A stretch of DNA of 62,445 bases, counting the filler, from Choristocarpus tenellus KU-1152 (lineage: Eukaryota > Protista > Phaeophyceae): NCBI GenBank assembly GCA_964200185.2. It is 13 parts of 13 records of this genome, joined end to end, with 100 filler letters (N's around TTAATTAATTAA, not from the genome) between each part and the next. Parts side by side here need not be neighbours in the genome. Positions count along the whole stretch, not along the records: positions 13,277 to 16,290 come from CAXNAD020022937.1; positions 16,391 to 19,582 come from CAXNAD020021651.1; positions 19,683 to 23,396 come from CAXNAD020018345.1; positions 23,497 to 33,597 come from CAXNAD020003154.1; 9 more parts are not named here. One strand, given 5' to 3'. The notes under the pieces were generated by a model. That model searched no databases. It was not told the origin of the DNA and saw nothing but the letters and a program-made list of their open reading frames with translations. Numbering within the stretch: position 1 is the first letter of the stretch; the number at the start of each line of letters is the position of its first letter. A program made the position numbers and the translations under genes. Below, in pieces: positions 13,361-24,850 of the stretch.

Positions 13361-14371
13361 GAATATGTTCAATCGCAGCATTTCCCCCAAAAGTTTAGTT
13401 CGCGTTTCATCCGGCAGTACAAGTACTACTTCAAGCATGTCTCGGTGTTTGACAGCTCCAGAATTCTTGATAGCCTCCCCACAACAGCTCGGACCAGCCT
13501 CCTCTTTGCACAGTACCATGAGCTTATTGAGAAATTGTCTTTTCTTCAGGCAAGTCAGCAACAATCTGTACGCATTGCCCCTCTTCCCTCAGTACACTTG
13601 AGTGTTATTGTTGCTGAGTACTCGCATATCCCAAGACACTCTAAAATACTGGGATTAACAACAGATAGGTACCCTTATTGTGTCCTAAAGGGGGGATCAG
13701 GTGTCCATTCGGACCTTTGTGACCCTGTAGTGATTTTCTTGTCATTTTACTGAACGTGTCAGATGTAAGGCATTTTCGTTCATCTGGTCATACCTTCATT
13801 TTCCATCCCCCTGCCTGGACCAAATCCGAAACAAACGTCACCCACAAAACGGGCCCCAAACTGGGGTGTTGCACACCCCATCAAGCCTTGAATGGGACGA
13901 CTTGAGGTAAATACCCCCCCCTCTAGGATACAAAGGGCCAAATATGTTACAAATAGTGGGGAGCGGTCTGGAATACATGGTGAATATAATGAGACAGTCT
14001 TGGAGGTAGTATCTTTGCATAAGTTGGTGTGTGTGAAAGCAGAAGTGTGGGCCCCCTCCCACCAGACTCACCTCAAGTAAGGAGTGCATACACACTCAGG
14101 GGTGGCTTCATATCCCTGAGCAAATAGGAAATGCACGATAACGACTGCCTCTATCTTGTTGCCCCATCTCGCAATTCCTCATTCCCCTCTTGCCCTATCT
14201 ACCTCCCTCTACTGTAAACAGAACAACCCTCCCTTGTTTGTTGCACGTATGGTGGGGTCCCTTAACCCAAGCTATGCTAAGGCTGGAGATGTCTTATTCT
14301 ACCAGAATGAAGTGGGATCAGATCTCTACTTCGTCATCACTGGAAAGGTCAACCTATTCATTACTCTTAAG
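13361..14371 (+). CDS. Internal exons (13361-13549, 14222-14371; possibly another at ~14826-14918) of a cyclic-nucleotide-binding-domain ion channel (CNG/HCN/EAG-like C-linker plus CNBD start)
   Basis: Spliced in phase 0: EYVQSQHFPQKFSSRFIRQYKYYFKHVSVFDSSRILDSLPTTARTSLLFAQYHELIEKLSFLQ|NNPPLFVARMVGSLNPSYAKAGDVLFYQNEVGSDLYFVITGKVNLF. AG acceptors at 13359-60 and 14220-21; GC donor (gcaagt) at 13550. Confidence 0.8.
13669..13939. mobile_element. MITE family C (~270 bp) inside the channel-gene intron; reverse-complement homologue of 36644-36914
   Basis: Imperfect TIR TTGTGTCCTAAAGGGGGG...CCCCCCTCTAGGATACAA; internal gtgtccattcggacctttgtgaccctgtagtgattt matches the reverse complement of ~36848-36890. 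Confidence 0.75.
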
Positions 14372-15265
14372 GTGGTCACAACATAGATAACAGAGGAGGG
14401 GGGCTGGGGTTTTACCTGGTATACACAATGTAGAGGTCTGGGGGTTAAAGAGAAAGAGGGAGAAAGAGAGAAAATGAGTACCATCAGATAGCAATTCCTC
14501 TGCAAAAGTGAGTGAGTGCAGCCAAATGTTTATCCAGGGTAGAATTGACCCTTTGGTCGGATCAAACGTGATAAGCATCTGCAACCCATAGTAGTATGGT
14601 TGGCCTTTGCTTCTCCAGTAAGGAGGAAAGGATACATTGCTCCTGGATATGCATATATCTTGTGTAAGGAGGGTATATAGCTACAAAAACCGCGTAAGAA
14701 TACACCAACCAATCGTATCCCGGGATGTCTTGAGACGCAGTGAAGTGTATTGCGTGCCCCTGTATAATATTATTATGTCCGCCCCTGTATATCAGAACCA
14801 TGATGCCGTACTTGAGTAATTCAGGTACCTGCTACAGAAAGAGGCATGAGCAGCAGAACCAATCGCACAAATGTGTTTTCCGATATTGCCACTGTGAGGA
14901 TCGGTCTGAACCAAGAGGGTATACCCCCTTCCCTTCTCTCTGTCTGTTACTCATCATGCTCCTCACTGTTGCTCGCAATACTTGTTGATTTGAAATATCA
15001 AAGAGGAAAAACCCAGCAGGTGGCTACGTGGAGGAGTCGTTTTTGCTGGGGAAAATTTTTCAAGACTCCTTGGTTGGGGAGGTGGGGGTGATGCTAGACT
15101 TACAGCAGGTTTGTTGCAGAGTGAAAAATATATTTGTTTTCACAGGAGGGTCGCATGATGGTTTAGATTTGCATGTGGCATACAAAACACAATGAATATA
15201 TCCTTTCTTTACCCTCCAATTTTACACTTTCCAGGATTCTTACTGCTCTTATGCACCCTTACATT

Positions 15266-15450
15266 GACCTAAAGTATCTGGGCGGAGGCGGGGGGGGGTC
15301 TATACCATGGTGCCCAGTTGAGGCAAAATCAGGAAAAGTGCATTTTCATTATCCATCCGACATATGCAACCAAATCACTCAAAATTCGCGACATGGAAAA
15401 ATTGACTCCAAATGGACAGCCTCCACCCCCCCCCCAAGATAACTTGGCCC
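15266..15450. mobile_element. MITE family A, full 185-bp copy in the opposite orientation; flanked by att/att
   Basis: GACCTAAAGTATCTGGGCGG...CCAAATGGACAGCC...CCCCAAGATAACTTGGCCC; att at 15263-65 and 15451-53. Confidence 0.8.
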
Positions 15451-16399
15451 ATTGTTAGCCGCCTCGTTGCCCTCCCATCTCCTCTGGGAAATAGCGCCAT
15501 GCCTGGTAGAGGCTTGATGATTCTCTGTTACAGTTGTGAGCATTGTCCAAGCCATTCTCCTTTGACAGTGTTTTGACAATGCAGCGTGTTAGTATTTCTG
15601 CCCACCAATTTCAACATCCTATACACTACATATAATTAGTACACTTATTATGTTATTAATGTGACGGGATCTGTCCAACACTCACAAAAATAGTTGTGGA
15701 ATGCGAAATTATGCATCCCCTGACATTTGATGTTCCAATTTCAACTCGTTTTCCGCCTTTGGCTACTGAAATTCAATTCTACTTCACTACCTTCACCACT
15801 CAACAAACCCTGCAAGTCAATATACCCAGCGTTGACACTACAATCTTAGGTCTCGCATTGACTCATACTCACTCATTTTTTCGCACCAAACTATGTCTAA
15901 ACTGCATCTTCCTCTCACCCCATGAGCCTAGCCATGTGCCGCAGTGGCAGCTTCACAGTGCGACATCCTTACGGTAAACAAGGAAGAACTGTTGTCAGCA
16001 CTGGATGGCTGGTTGGCAGTGCAGGTTTGCATATCTTGAGCTAGGGTTACACACTAGTGTGAGCGGGGAAAAAAAGACCTGAGAAAGTGGGGTGCGGAAG
16101 GGAAGTTGCTGTTGGCATTGTGCATCCGTGTATGTTGCGCACTACACTACCTACAGTGGTGGCTCTTTTTTGTCAGGAGCACTTCTGACTGGAATTGTTG
16201 GATTGCAAGAGTGAACTACTGTAGGTCTTCCAGGGATTGGGGAGGGGGCAATATTCGTGACCCAAAGTATCTGGGAGGGGGGGGGGTCTANNNNNNNNNN
16301 NNNNNNNNNNNNNNNNNNNNNNNNNNNNNNNNNNTTAATTAATTAANNNNNNNNNNNNNNNNNNNNNNNNNNNNNNNNNNNNNNNNNNNNGGGGGTATG

Positions 16400-16545
16400 T
16401 ACCTCTGTTGGTGTGTTCTGTTGACCTACAGAAAGCATATGACTTTTTTTTATGCTATCTTGTGTGGGCTGCGCTTTCCAATTTTGTAGACCCTGAGAAG
16501 ATGATCTCAGTCACCCACCATGTCCACGATAACATATACACACAC
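16400..16545 (+). mobile_element. Non-LTR (RTE-like LINE) reverse-transcriptase fragment
   Basis: VCSVDLQKAYDFFLCYLVWAALSNFVDPEKMISVTHHVHD follows the 'DLxKAYD...LW..L..FG.P.KMI' LINE RT pattern. Confidence 0.7.
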
Positions 16546-16859
16546 ACCGTTTTGGCGGTGACCAACCTGATTTTTTTGAAGGTTGTCCAACACGTTAATA
16601 ATCGAGGATCAGCATATCAAATGGAAGCTCTGGTTCTAAGCTATCACTGGTCCAAGATAATTTCTACGGAAAAAATATGTTTGGTCGTGATAATTCATTC
16701 CGGGACATTTCCAAAGGTTGTGCCTAAACCATTCGGTTAAAATTTAACCTTACCATAAAAAAAAGAAGCATCAGTGATAGCTTAGAGGTTTCATTTGATA
16801 TGCTCGTCGTTGTTTAACTAGTTGGCCAACCCTTTAAAAAATATATCAAGACTGGTATC

Positions 16860-18830
16860 ATCCTAGAGGCGACTGCCAACACTGTATAGAGTGAAAATCA
16901 AAGGTAAAGAGTTCAATAGTGTGACAGCAGATATCAACCCCATGACGATGGTCATGCCCAGACCATTCGTTGGAAGCCGCTTCAGAAGTAATGCCACCCC
17001 CACACGGAAGTAATTGCCACAAAGGTTGTGTCCGAGTGACCAAGCTCAAGGAGGCTCAAAATCAGGGTTCTTGGAGACATGAGAGGACGGGGAAGTATAA
17101 GATGATAGAGACCCCCAAAGCGCCATCTTCAAGAAAGCGTTGGAGGTGGCTGGCAAATAGCTTCAACGGGTGAGGGCATCCGCCTTTCACGAGTTACTCG
17201 GTACCTACAACAGCAAGATGTCAGACAGTATTCACCGTAGAGATTAAACTGATTTTTTGCCATCACTTAAAAGAGTTCATTATAAAGACTAGATAGAGTG
17301 TATCCCCAACACATGTGGGGAAGAAATTGGCAGGCTATGAGGGAACAAGGACTTATCATAGAACTGGGGGGGTGACGCTTTGAAGTGCTTCTTGTTCATG
17401 AGTCGGTCGACCTCGATCCCAACGGTAGTAAGCCCCTCGACCAGTGGCTCACTTGCTTTATACTCGCTGATGCACCAACACTCGTTGGAGTGGCTGGAGC
17501 AATCGAGACTATGAAAAATAGGAAGGAAATGTGACCAAATGACCTCCCACCTGAGATCCTGAAACCTCGCCTTAATGGTAACGAGATTATCCTCCAGAAT
17601 TTGCAGGAGATTGTCGTGTGAGCGGGATCAGGAACATGTGCTGCAGGTTGTGAAGGACACAGTCATCAAAGTGTTCCACGTGAAGAAGGATCGCACGGAT
17701 TTTGGTAAGTACGAGGTCATCCGAGTGAAACTATCTTAGAGGATACGATTTTTTCCCTGTTTGTGCATTTGTGGTGCTTGGCTTCCCATGGATTTTTTAT
17801 GACATTTTCCGACTCCAAAATGTTTTGGAGTAGGCAAAATGTATACGTTTGTGGGGCTTGGTTTCCCATGGGTTTTTTATGACATTTTCCGACTCCAAAA
17901 TGTTTTGGAGTAGGCAAAATGTATACGTTTGTGGGGCTTGACTTCCCATGGGTTTTTTAATGACCTTTTCCGACTCCAAAATGTTTCGGAGTAGGTAAAA
18001 TGTATACGTTATGAAAGGTGTGTCCGAAACATAGATACGGACACTTCCTAACAAACACGATAGCAAAAATTTCATCAAAATCACAACATTATATTTTGAC
18101 CCCCAAATGGACGCGGCACTACCCTCTAAGATACTTTGGCTCACAGGCATGCGTCCCCAGAGGGTATGGACTGGTTTGAGGTCAGGGAAAGTCTTCCTTG
18201 CAGTGCTAAGCATAGTGGTCAAGGGCGCATACCCTGAATCAGCCATCTCCAAGGACCTTGTTGTCATCAAAGGAGCAGCGCAAACAACGAGATCAAAGGA
18301 GGAAGAGTAATAGTGGACGGGGTAACACTTTAGCGGTGCCTATGGGGTGTGATCTATGCTGACATTTCAAATATTGGCCAAGATTATGTCAGTGTCAAGG
18401 TGGCGAGATCATTTGGGTTGACAGTGTCGAAGTTAGATGTAGACCATGTGCCTTGGGCCTCCCAACAAGTCTGCACACATTATGCAGATCCAGGATTTGG
18501 ATCAGTACTACAAGTGGACTGACCAGGGTTTCCCTTGGAGGACCATCAGTGATAAAGCCTATATCGCCGCTGGGATCAGTCAACAGGTTCAAAAAGTGTC
18601 TCGTGTTGTTCCCTCATGTACGACCAAGTGGTTTATGACAAAACAACAGGTGTCAGGGGGATGGTGTGTGTGGTTTATGAGCTTAAGATATGAATGCTCT
18701 CTCAAGGCTGAAGTGCCTGAGGTCCTGTTTTATTGTGGTGTGAAATGGACACTCTGTCAGGTCCACTATATGAAGGTCTGCTATTACCATTACCAAAACC
18801 TCACGTACTGCATCAGATTTCGTAAATGAG
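16860..18830 (+). mobile_element. Possible decayed ISL2EU/Harbinger-type DNA transposon: YqaJ-like nuclease remnant followed by HTH/DDE_Tnp_4-like transposase remnant; interrupted by a family-B MITE
   Basis: Motif recognition by eye: LQRVRASAFHELLG (17161) and HMWGRNW (~17310) YqaJ-like; WTGLRSGKVFLAVLSIV (~18167), GEIIWVDSVEVRCRP (18402), TISDKAY (~18543) and KVCYYHYQNL (~18773) transposase-like. Multiple frameshifts. Confidence 0.4.
17723..18142. mobile_element. MITE family B, expanded copy with a triplicated 80-bp internal unit
   Basis: B termini GAGTGAAACTATCTTAGAGG...CTCTAAGATACTTTGGCTC; the unit starts at 17771, 17851 and 17931. Confidence 0.88.
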
Positions 18831-19682
18831 GACGCATCACACTTTGTTCTGCTAAGATGCCCTCGTGAAGACCAGGTGTGGTAGTATCGAAGTGACTGCG
18901 AAAATGGAGAGTCTTGTTGGCAGGGTTGGCTGCACGCATGGTGGGGGGTGAGTGAGTCCCAAAAGTGTTAATATTACGGGAGCTTGCAGATGAAAAATAG
19001 AAGTATAGTGCACAGGATAAGAGCTTGTGAATGTGTCTGCGAGGAGTTGGAGATCACAGTTGAGGGGCAGAGCACAAGGGCAACAGACAAACACAGGTGG
19101 TATGATTGTGTGGGTGACTGCACAAAGAGCTTTATTGACAAGTGGTATTTTAGCTATGATAACTCGTGTATTTCATGCTAAAGCAGCAGTTCTAAGGCAG
19201 CCCGGCACACCACCAGGGTACATAGCCACTCACCATTCTGCTGAATGCCGCTTTTCTCCTCTTTCCTTTGTCTTTTTGGGGCTGATAATTCTTCTGTGTT
19301 GAATGGTGTTTTTTCGGGTTGGATGGACTAGGTGAGCCACGAACTATTCGTTGCTTTCCCCCTTCCTTCCATAGGACCTGGCAACCTATAATCTCGCTAC
19401 TTGACATCCTATACCAAATATTCGGGTGTAAGTGCATTACACCTGGATACTTGGTTACCCATGGTAGCTACACCAAGTTTTTATTTTCTCCTTTTACTGC
19501 ATGTGTATTTATTTCTTCTGTAGTGTTGATGCCTGTATTCTCTCAAGCGTTGTGGGTCAAAGTATCTTGGGGGGGGGGGTGGNNNNNNNNNNNNNNNNNN
19601 NNNNNNNNNNNNNNNNNNNNNNNNNNTTAATTAATTAANNNNNNNNNNNNNNNNNNNNNNNNNNNNNNNNNNNNNNNNNNNN

Positions 19683-19722
19683 CCAAATGGACGCGGCTCT
19701 ACCCTCTAAGATACTTTGGCTC
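19683..19722. mobile_element. MITE family B right-end fragment at a contig start; another right end at ~60645-60697
   Basis: CCAAATGGACGCGGCTCTACCCTCTAAGATACTTTGGCTC. Confidence 0.8.
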
Positions 19723-21385
19723 ATCTGTAGGCACATAGTGTAAGGATGTACTCGTCCTCGGGTATCTAATCTACGGCAGGTCCACTCAACACGACGGTAA
19801 ATCAAGTGGTGCGTGCGTAACCAGCATGTATTCAGTCATGTGATTGTTTGCCACGACCCAAGATACGTACCTCCTCCAAGATTGATAGGAGTGAAGAACA
19901 CCTCCGCGAACTGGCCTTCAACGTGTGCGGCCATGATTTTCTGGCGCTCAGAGTAGCCCCTGATAAGAAGGACATGAACCAAAGAAATATTTAAAGAAAA
20001 GTTCCACGGTGCGTCGTCATCATGATGAACGGAATAGGTAGTGGAATTATGTGCGTCTGTTTTGGCGGTTATTTCTTGGGACTTTGTACTCATTCGTAGA
20101 ATAAAACAGGGTCGTCTATTCTGTTCCGCGTGCGGCTGCAAAGTTCTTGTCGGATGGACTATGCGTGCGTGTGGTTACCTGTCACCGCCGTGGGTAGGTG
20201 GGTAAAGTGCTGGGAGGGCATGTGCTGTCTGGTTCGCGGCGTCTGCGGACATGAACACGAAGCCGAGAGGTTTACCGTCCGCTTTGGCCCGCATGGTGCT
20301 GCTGGTGCTGTTGGCGATGACCAGCCGATCCGCTTGGATAATCTACCGAATGGGGGAGAGCAACATCACGGAGGTAAATCAAATATACCTGCTTAGAGTT
20401 GTAAAAAAATGGCCACTTCTTAACACGTATCGGGTTAGTAACAAAAATGGAGTGTAGGTAACAATAAATGTTTGTCTTTCGATATGTTTTTTATTGCTGC
20501 GTTCAAGACAAACACAGTATTATCGGGATGGTAGGAAGTGTTACGTACGGGGCCGGAAGACCGCTATGTGACCTGTCCCTCCCACAGCCCGTTGTAGACG
20601 ATCAGGAAGCAGGCCATCATACAAGGTGTTTGGGCAGCTAATAACAACATTTAAGCAGGGAGTGAGGCTGCTGCTGCTGCCATAAGCACCTGCGTGGGAG
20701 TCTTCATTCGCAAAAGGCAACAGATGTTCTTCCCAATGGAGGGCAATAGCGGCAACATGTTGCCACTGTACGCTTGTCGCAAAATTAACGCTGGACACCT
20801 ACCTCTTGATGGTCTAACAGCTCCTTATCGATGGACTCGAGGACGGTGGAGTCGTTCATGGGTTTTACACCAGGCGGACCGTGCCGCTTCTCTTATAACG
20901 TGACACATATGTCACATTTCATAAACTTGCCTTCTACCCTCACCTGGATGTTAGGCCTGTCCTCTCTGAGCAATCGGAGGAAGTGTGCCCAGCTTACCCG
21001 CTTGGAAGGGTCGGGACACACCTGTATTGCCTCTTCGCAAAAATCCTTGTATAGTTCCTAATTAAAAATGTTGGCTGTGTGGGCAAGTGAGGAGTTATTG
21101 AGAAGGAACACTTGAAGAACACCCCTGCAAGATCTCTCGAAGGCGGGCTGACCAATAAACTTGACTGAGAACGCGGAAGACAGGATCAAGCAAGCTTACA
21201 TTGTGCGTTACAAAAGAACAAATACAATTATCTTCGTAAATCTGCCAGGAGCGTCATTCTGTTCGGGTCTCGCTGCCATTTGCAGAAGCGGAAAAGGAGG
21301 CGAATCTACCATCATCATCATCATCATCGCGAAGTGCTTTAGACATATGAAGTAGACACTTTTGCTACCAATGTCAGGCCGGACC

Positions 21386-21642
21386 GAGTGAAAGTATCTT
21401 GGAGGGTACGAATTTTGCCCTGTTTGTCCATTTGGGGCTTGGTTTCCCACGGGTTTTTAAAGACATTTTCCTACTCCGAAATGGTTCGAAGTAGGTAAAA
21501 TGTGTATGTTATGAAAGAGTGTGTTCAGAAAAGGGATATTGACACTTCCTAACAAACACAATAGCCAAAAATACATCAAAATCGCAACATTGGATTTTGG
21601 CCACAAACGGACCCAGCTCTACCCTCTAAGATACTTTGACTC
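21386..21642. mobile_element. MITE family B, full 257-bp copy; no evident TSD
   Basis: GAGTGAAAGTATCTTGGAGGGTACGA...TACCCTCTAAGATACTTTGACTC. Confidence 0.88.
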
Positions 21643-21929
21643 GTATGTACGGAGGTGAATGAATTGAAATGAGGACTGAGGGCTGGGAGGTGCTGCTTTA
21701 TTTCATCTGGTCGGTCGGTCCTCATATCTCAGATTTGTCTTTCCGTTGACAATTGTGTTATAAAAAATACGAATATCGAACAGCATACGATTTCATATTG
21801 GAAAGAGACAGAGAGTAACGGTTTCTTGTGACCTTTTTGTTTCGTACGTCAAACGTATTGGATCAATGAAGGATGTGGTTTGTATTTTTTTTTGTTGATG
21901 TAAAGATGAGAACATTATTATTATTTCGT

Positions 21930-22720
21930 AACCCTAATGCACGTGTTTTGGCTCTTCGAGGATTTAGAAGATCAGATCTGATCTTTAAAACCCTATATCC
22001 ACTTTTTTTTCGTCTCTAGTATTTCTAAGAATACTAAAGTCGCCAAGAGCGGTTTTAGTATTTAAATAAATTGTGGGTACCAGTTGGAAGTGACCTTTTA
22101 GTTTCTGAACATTGGACACGCGTGAGACCCATATAGTGCATGCTTTATATTTTCAAAATTGTAAGAACGGTTATTACTGGATTTACTATTTCTAAAAATC
22201 CTCATGCACGTGTTTCGGGTGTTCAAGGGTTTAGTGGATCCGATCGGATCCACTAAACCCAAAGAACCGCTTTTTGTCGTCTCTAGTATTTTGAAGAACG
22301 CAAATGTCCAACAATTTAAGATTTTGTACTTCAAAAAATTAGAGGGTGCCAGTTTTTTTTTAACTTTTGGTTTCTGAACATTGGAAATGTACAAGATAAT
22401 GAACTATGTGATTTTTATTTTAAAAAATTGTAAGTACGGGTATAATCGGATTTACAACTTCCGAAAACCCTAATACACGTATTTTCAGGATCATGGATCT
22501 CAGCATGGTCCCACGGATCGCCCGGAGCTCAAACAAAGTTGGTTACGGATCATTGGAAATATACAATATCAATAAATTATGTGATTTGTATTCTAATAAA
22601 TATGTAAGTACGGATATTATCGGATTTACAACTTCCGAAAACCGTAATGCATGGATTTTCAGTATCATGGATCTCAGAGTGGTCCCACGGATAGCCTGGA
22701 GCTCAAACAAAGTTCATATG
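21930..22720. repeat. Diverged tandem array (two ~270-bp units, then two ~180-bp related units), possibly the subterminal region of a DNA transposon
   Basis: Anchors atgcacgtgttt (21938, 22204), tcgtctctagtattt (22010, 22277), tttctgaacattgga (22102, 22371), tcggatttacaacttccgaaaacc (22447, 22620), ggtcccacggat..ggagctcaaacaaagtt (22507, 22681). Confidence 0.8.
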
Positions 22721-22989
22721 CCTGCCTTCGAATCTAATCACTCCTAGACCTTCTCACTGCCCAAGACCGCCTGTTGCCCGAAAACACCATGACAGCTGCT
22801 TCCACAGCAAGGGGGTGGCTTTTGTCGCCTGCGTCTCCCCCTGTGGTGCCCCCTCACCAGCCCGCCAACAATGATGCGCTGGAGCTTTCTACCAATGACC
22901 CTTCGGCGACCGGCGCCAAGCTTCGCTGAGGATGGGCTGAACCCATCCCAGTCAACGAACAGGGTGCATGCCACAAGCACTTAGCCTGT

Positions 22990-23265
22990 GTGAAGAAGTT
23001 CGCAGCAGATAGTGAGTCCTTCCTTGCACTCACCTTGGCCAAAGAGCAGGACATCATCTGGGCGTGTGAGAACCGCCGCGATCGCAAGCACTTCGTTGGC
23101 GACCGTGTACCTGCGATAAAGTTGGAGTCTGGAGGCGGATCTATGCTCGTGGCCAGCATTCCCGTCTGTACGCAGTTTTCAAGGCATCGTTCAGAATATC
23201 CAATCATGTCATCGACGCTTGCAAAGGCACACCTAATGCAAGAGCATCCACCGGCGTGGACAGGT
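22990..23265 (+). mobile_element. Possible BED-type zinc-finger remnant (hAT-like transposase N-terminus)
   Basis: SIPVCTQFSRHRSEYPIMSSTLAKAHLMQEHP resembles a C2H2 BED finger with one Cys lost; lies directly downstream of the tandem array. Confidence 0.3.
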
Positions 23266-24559
23266 GGGTTTGATGTATGTACATAGTGTTTTTTGTACCC
23301 GGTATATTTTCCCCCCTGCTTGATGATTGAACAGTAGTCCTATCTCAGAACAATGTAATCCGACCATACTCACCACATTCACTTTGCAGTTACCACNNNN
23401 NNNNNNNNNNNNNNNNNNNNNNNNNNNNNNNNNNNNNNNNTTAATTAATTAANNNNNNNNNNNNNNNNNNNNNNNNNNNNNNNNNNNNNNNNNNNNGTAT
23501 ACTGTGCAGGGGTGGTGGTGTAGATGTCAGAAATAAAGGTACAGCGGTGCAAGAGATCATGAAAGTTCATGTACAAGATCCAGAGCGCAAAGGCAAAGAC
23601 AGAAGCCACGAAGCTAGTTCTGTAGCATTATACAGGCTATTAGAACAAGTACAATACTACGTAGCGCTTAGAGCAGGTTAGGTTGAAGTTCAACAACAAT
23701 CTTACATATATTGTAGTGAATATTTTGTTGTATGTCACTGTATTGTTTTATATGACATACTGGATGTTGAAGTACAGAAATAATTATATCATACATTGTT
23801 GTATAACATTATTTTTTGTTATGACTACTAGAACTGGACTTGGAATTTGTGAGCTCTTGAATTACTTACACACCTGATCTTTGGATCAGCAAAGGTCCCC
23901 CTTTATTTTTGTTGCCTCACTTCTCTTTTCTCAGTTGTTTTCTTAAAACACTTACCCTATCCTCACTGATAGAAGAACGAACCATTACAAGCTTAATAAC
24001 AGAGATACTGAGAACAACCAACAACTCTTGATTCCTCTTCGAGACTCGCAAGCGCCAAGAGTCCAGACTATCTACGAGTTAAATTTCAACAGATGTGGTT
24101 GGTGCTTGCTGGACCACCACAGCTTCATTAAAATGGGCTCACCGAGGGCAACGTTCAATTCATATTTACATGTAACTACTCTTGAAGGCACATGGGAAGC
24201 ACATACAGCAAGGGCATTGCTCCGTTGTCGTTCAGGGACAAGTATAAAGTACCTACAAGCACTGTTACGAGATTTTTCAGTTTAAGAGAAAAGCACTCTT
24301 ACATCTAATTAGAGAGGATCAGGATGTAATAGAGGTTTTTTCCACTTGCCCCTACCCACTCTTACATTGGTACACCCACTGCATTAGGAAGTCCTGTTGT
24401 AGAGAAGAGAAAAGTTGCATCGGTTGGGGGACAACAACCTCACAACCATGTGGGGCGAGCAACAACAACCACAAAAAATAAAATACGCCTCTCATTCCCA
24501 GGCCTTCACATGTACATCTTCTCAACCCTATGTGCACACCTGCTCATCCTTCGTATCTG

Positions 24560-24850
24560 TCACACAAGGAAGAGATGAGTTTGTAGACCCTTTCCCCATC
24601 AGCCATCATGTAAAACCAGGTTTCATGCACATGGATCGTGTTCACCATGGAGGCGTACACACCACGTTTCTGGTCCACTTGATTGCAAAAAAATAATAAT
24701 TCCATACCCCTTGCCACAATTTAAGCTTGAGTTTGATCCAGCGGCAATTCAGCATGGCCCCCACATCATCCTACCACCTCTTTATGGTTCTCATGCTACA
24801 TATTATTCAGCCCCTTGGTGGCCATCTTCATTATCACCTGATGCACAGTA
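24560..24850 (-). mobile_element. Mariner (DD39D-related) transposase remnant, a different subfamily from those at 32.7-37.9 kb
   Basis: Minus strand reads VYASMVNTIHVHETWFYMMADGERVY, matching the 'M.N.IH(I/V)DEKWFY' motif of plant/oomycete-type mariners. Confidence 0.65.

Noticed and set aside
17771-18010. CRISPR-like array of palindromic repeats
   Set aside because: Units are near-identical across their whole 80 bp with no unique spacers, lie inside a MITE, and there are no cas genes; eukaryotic context.
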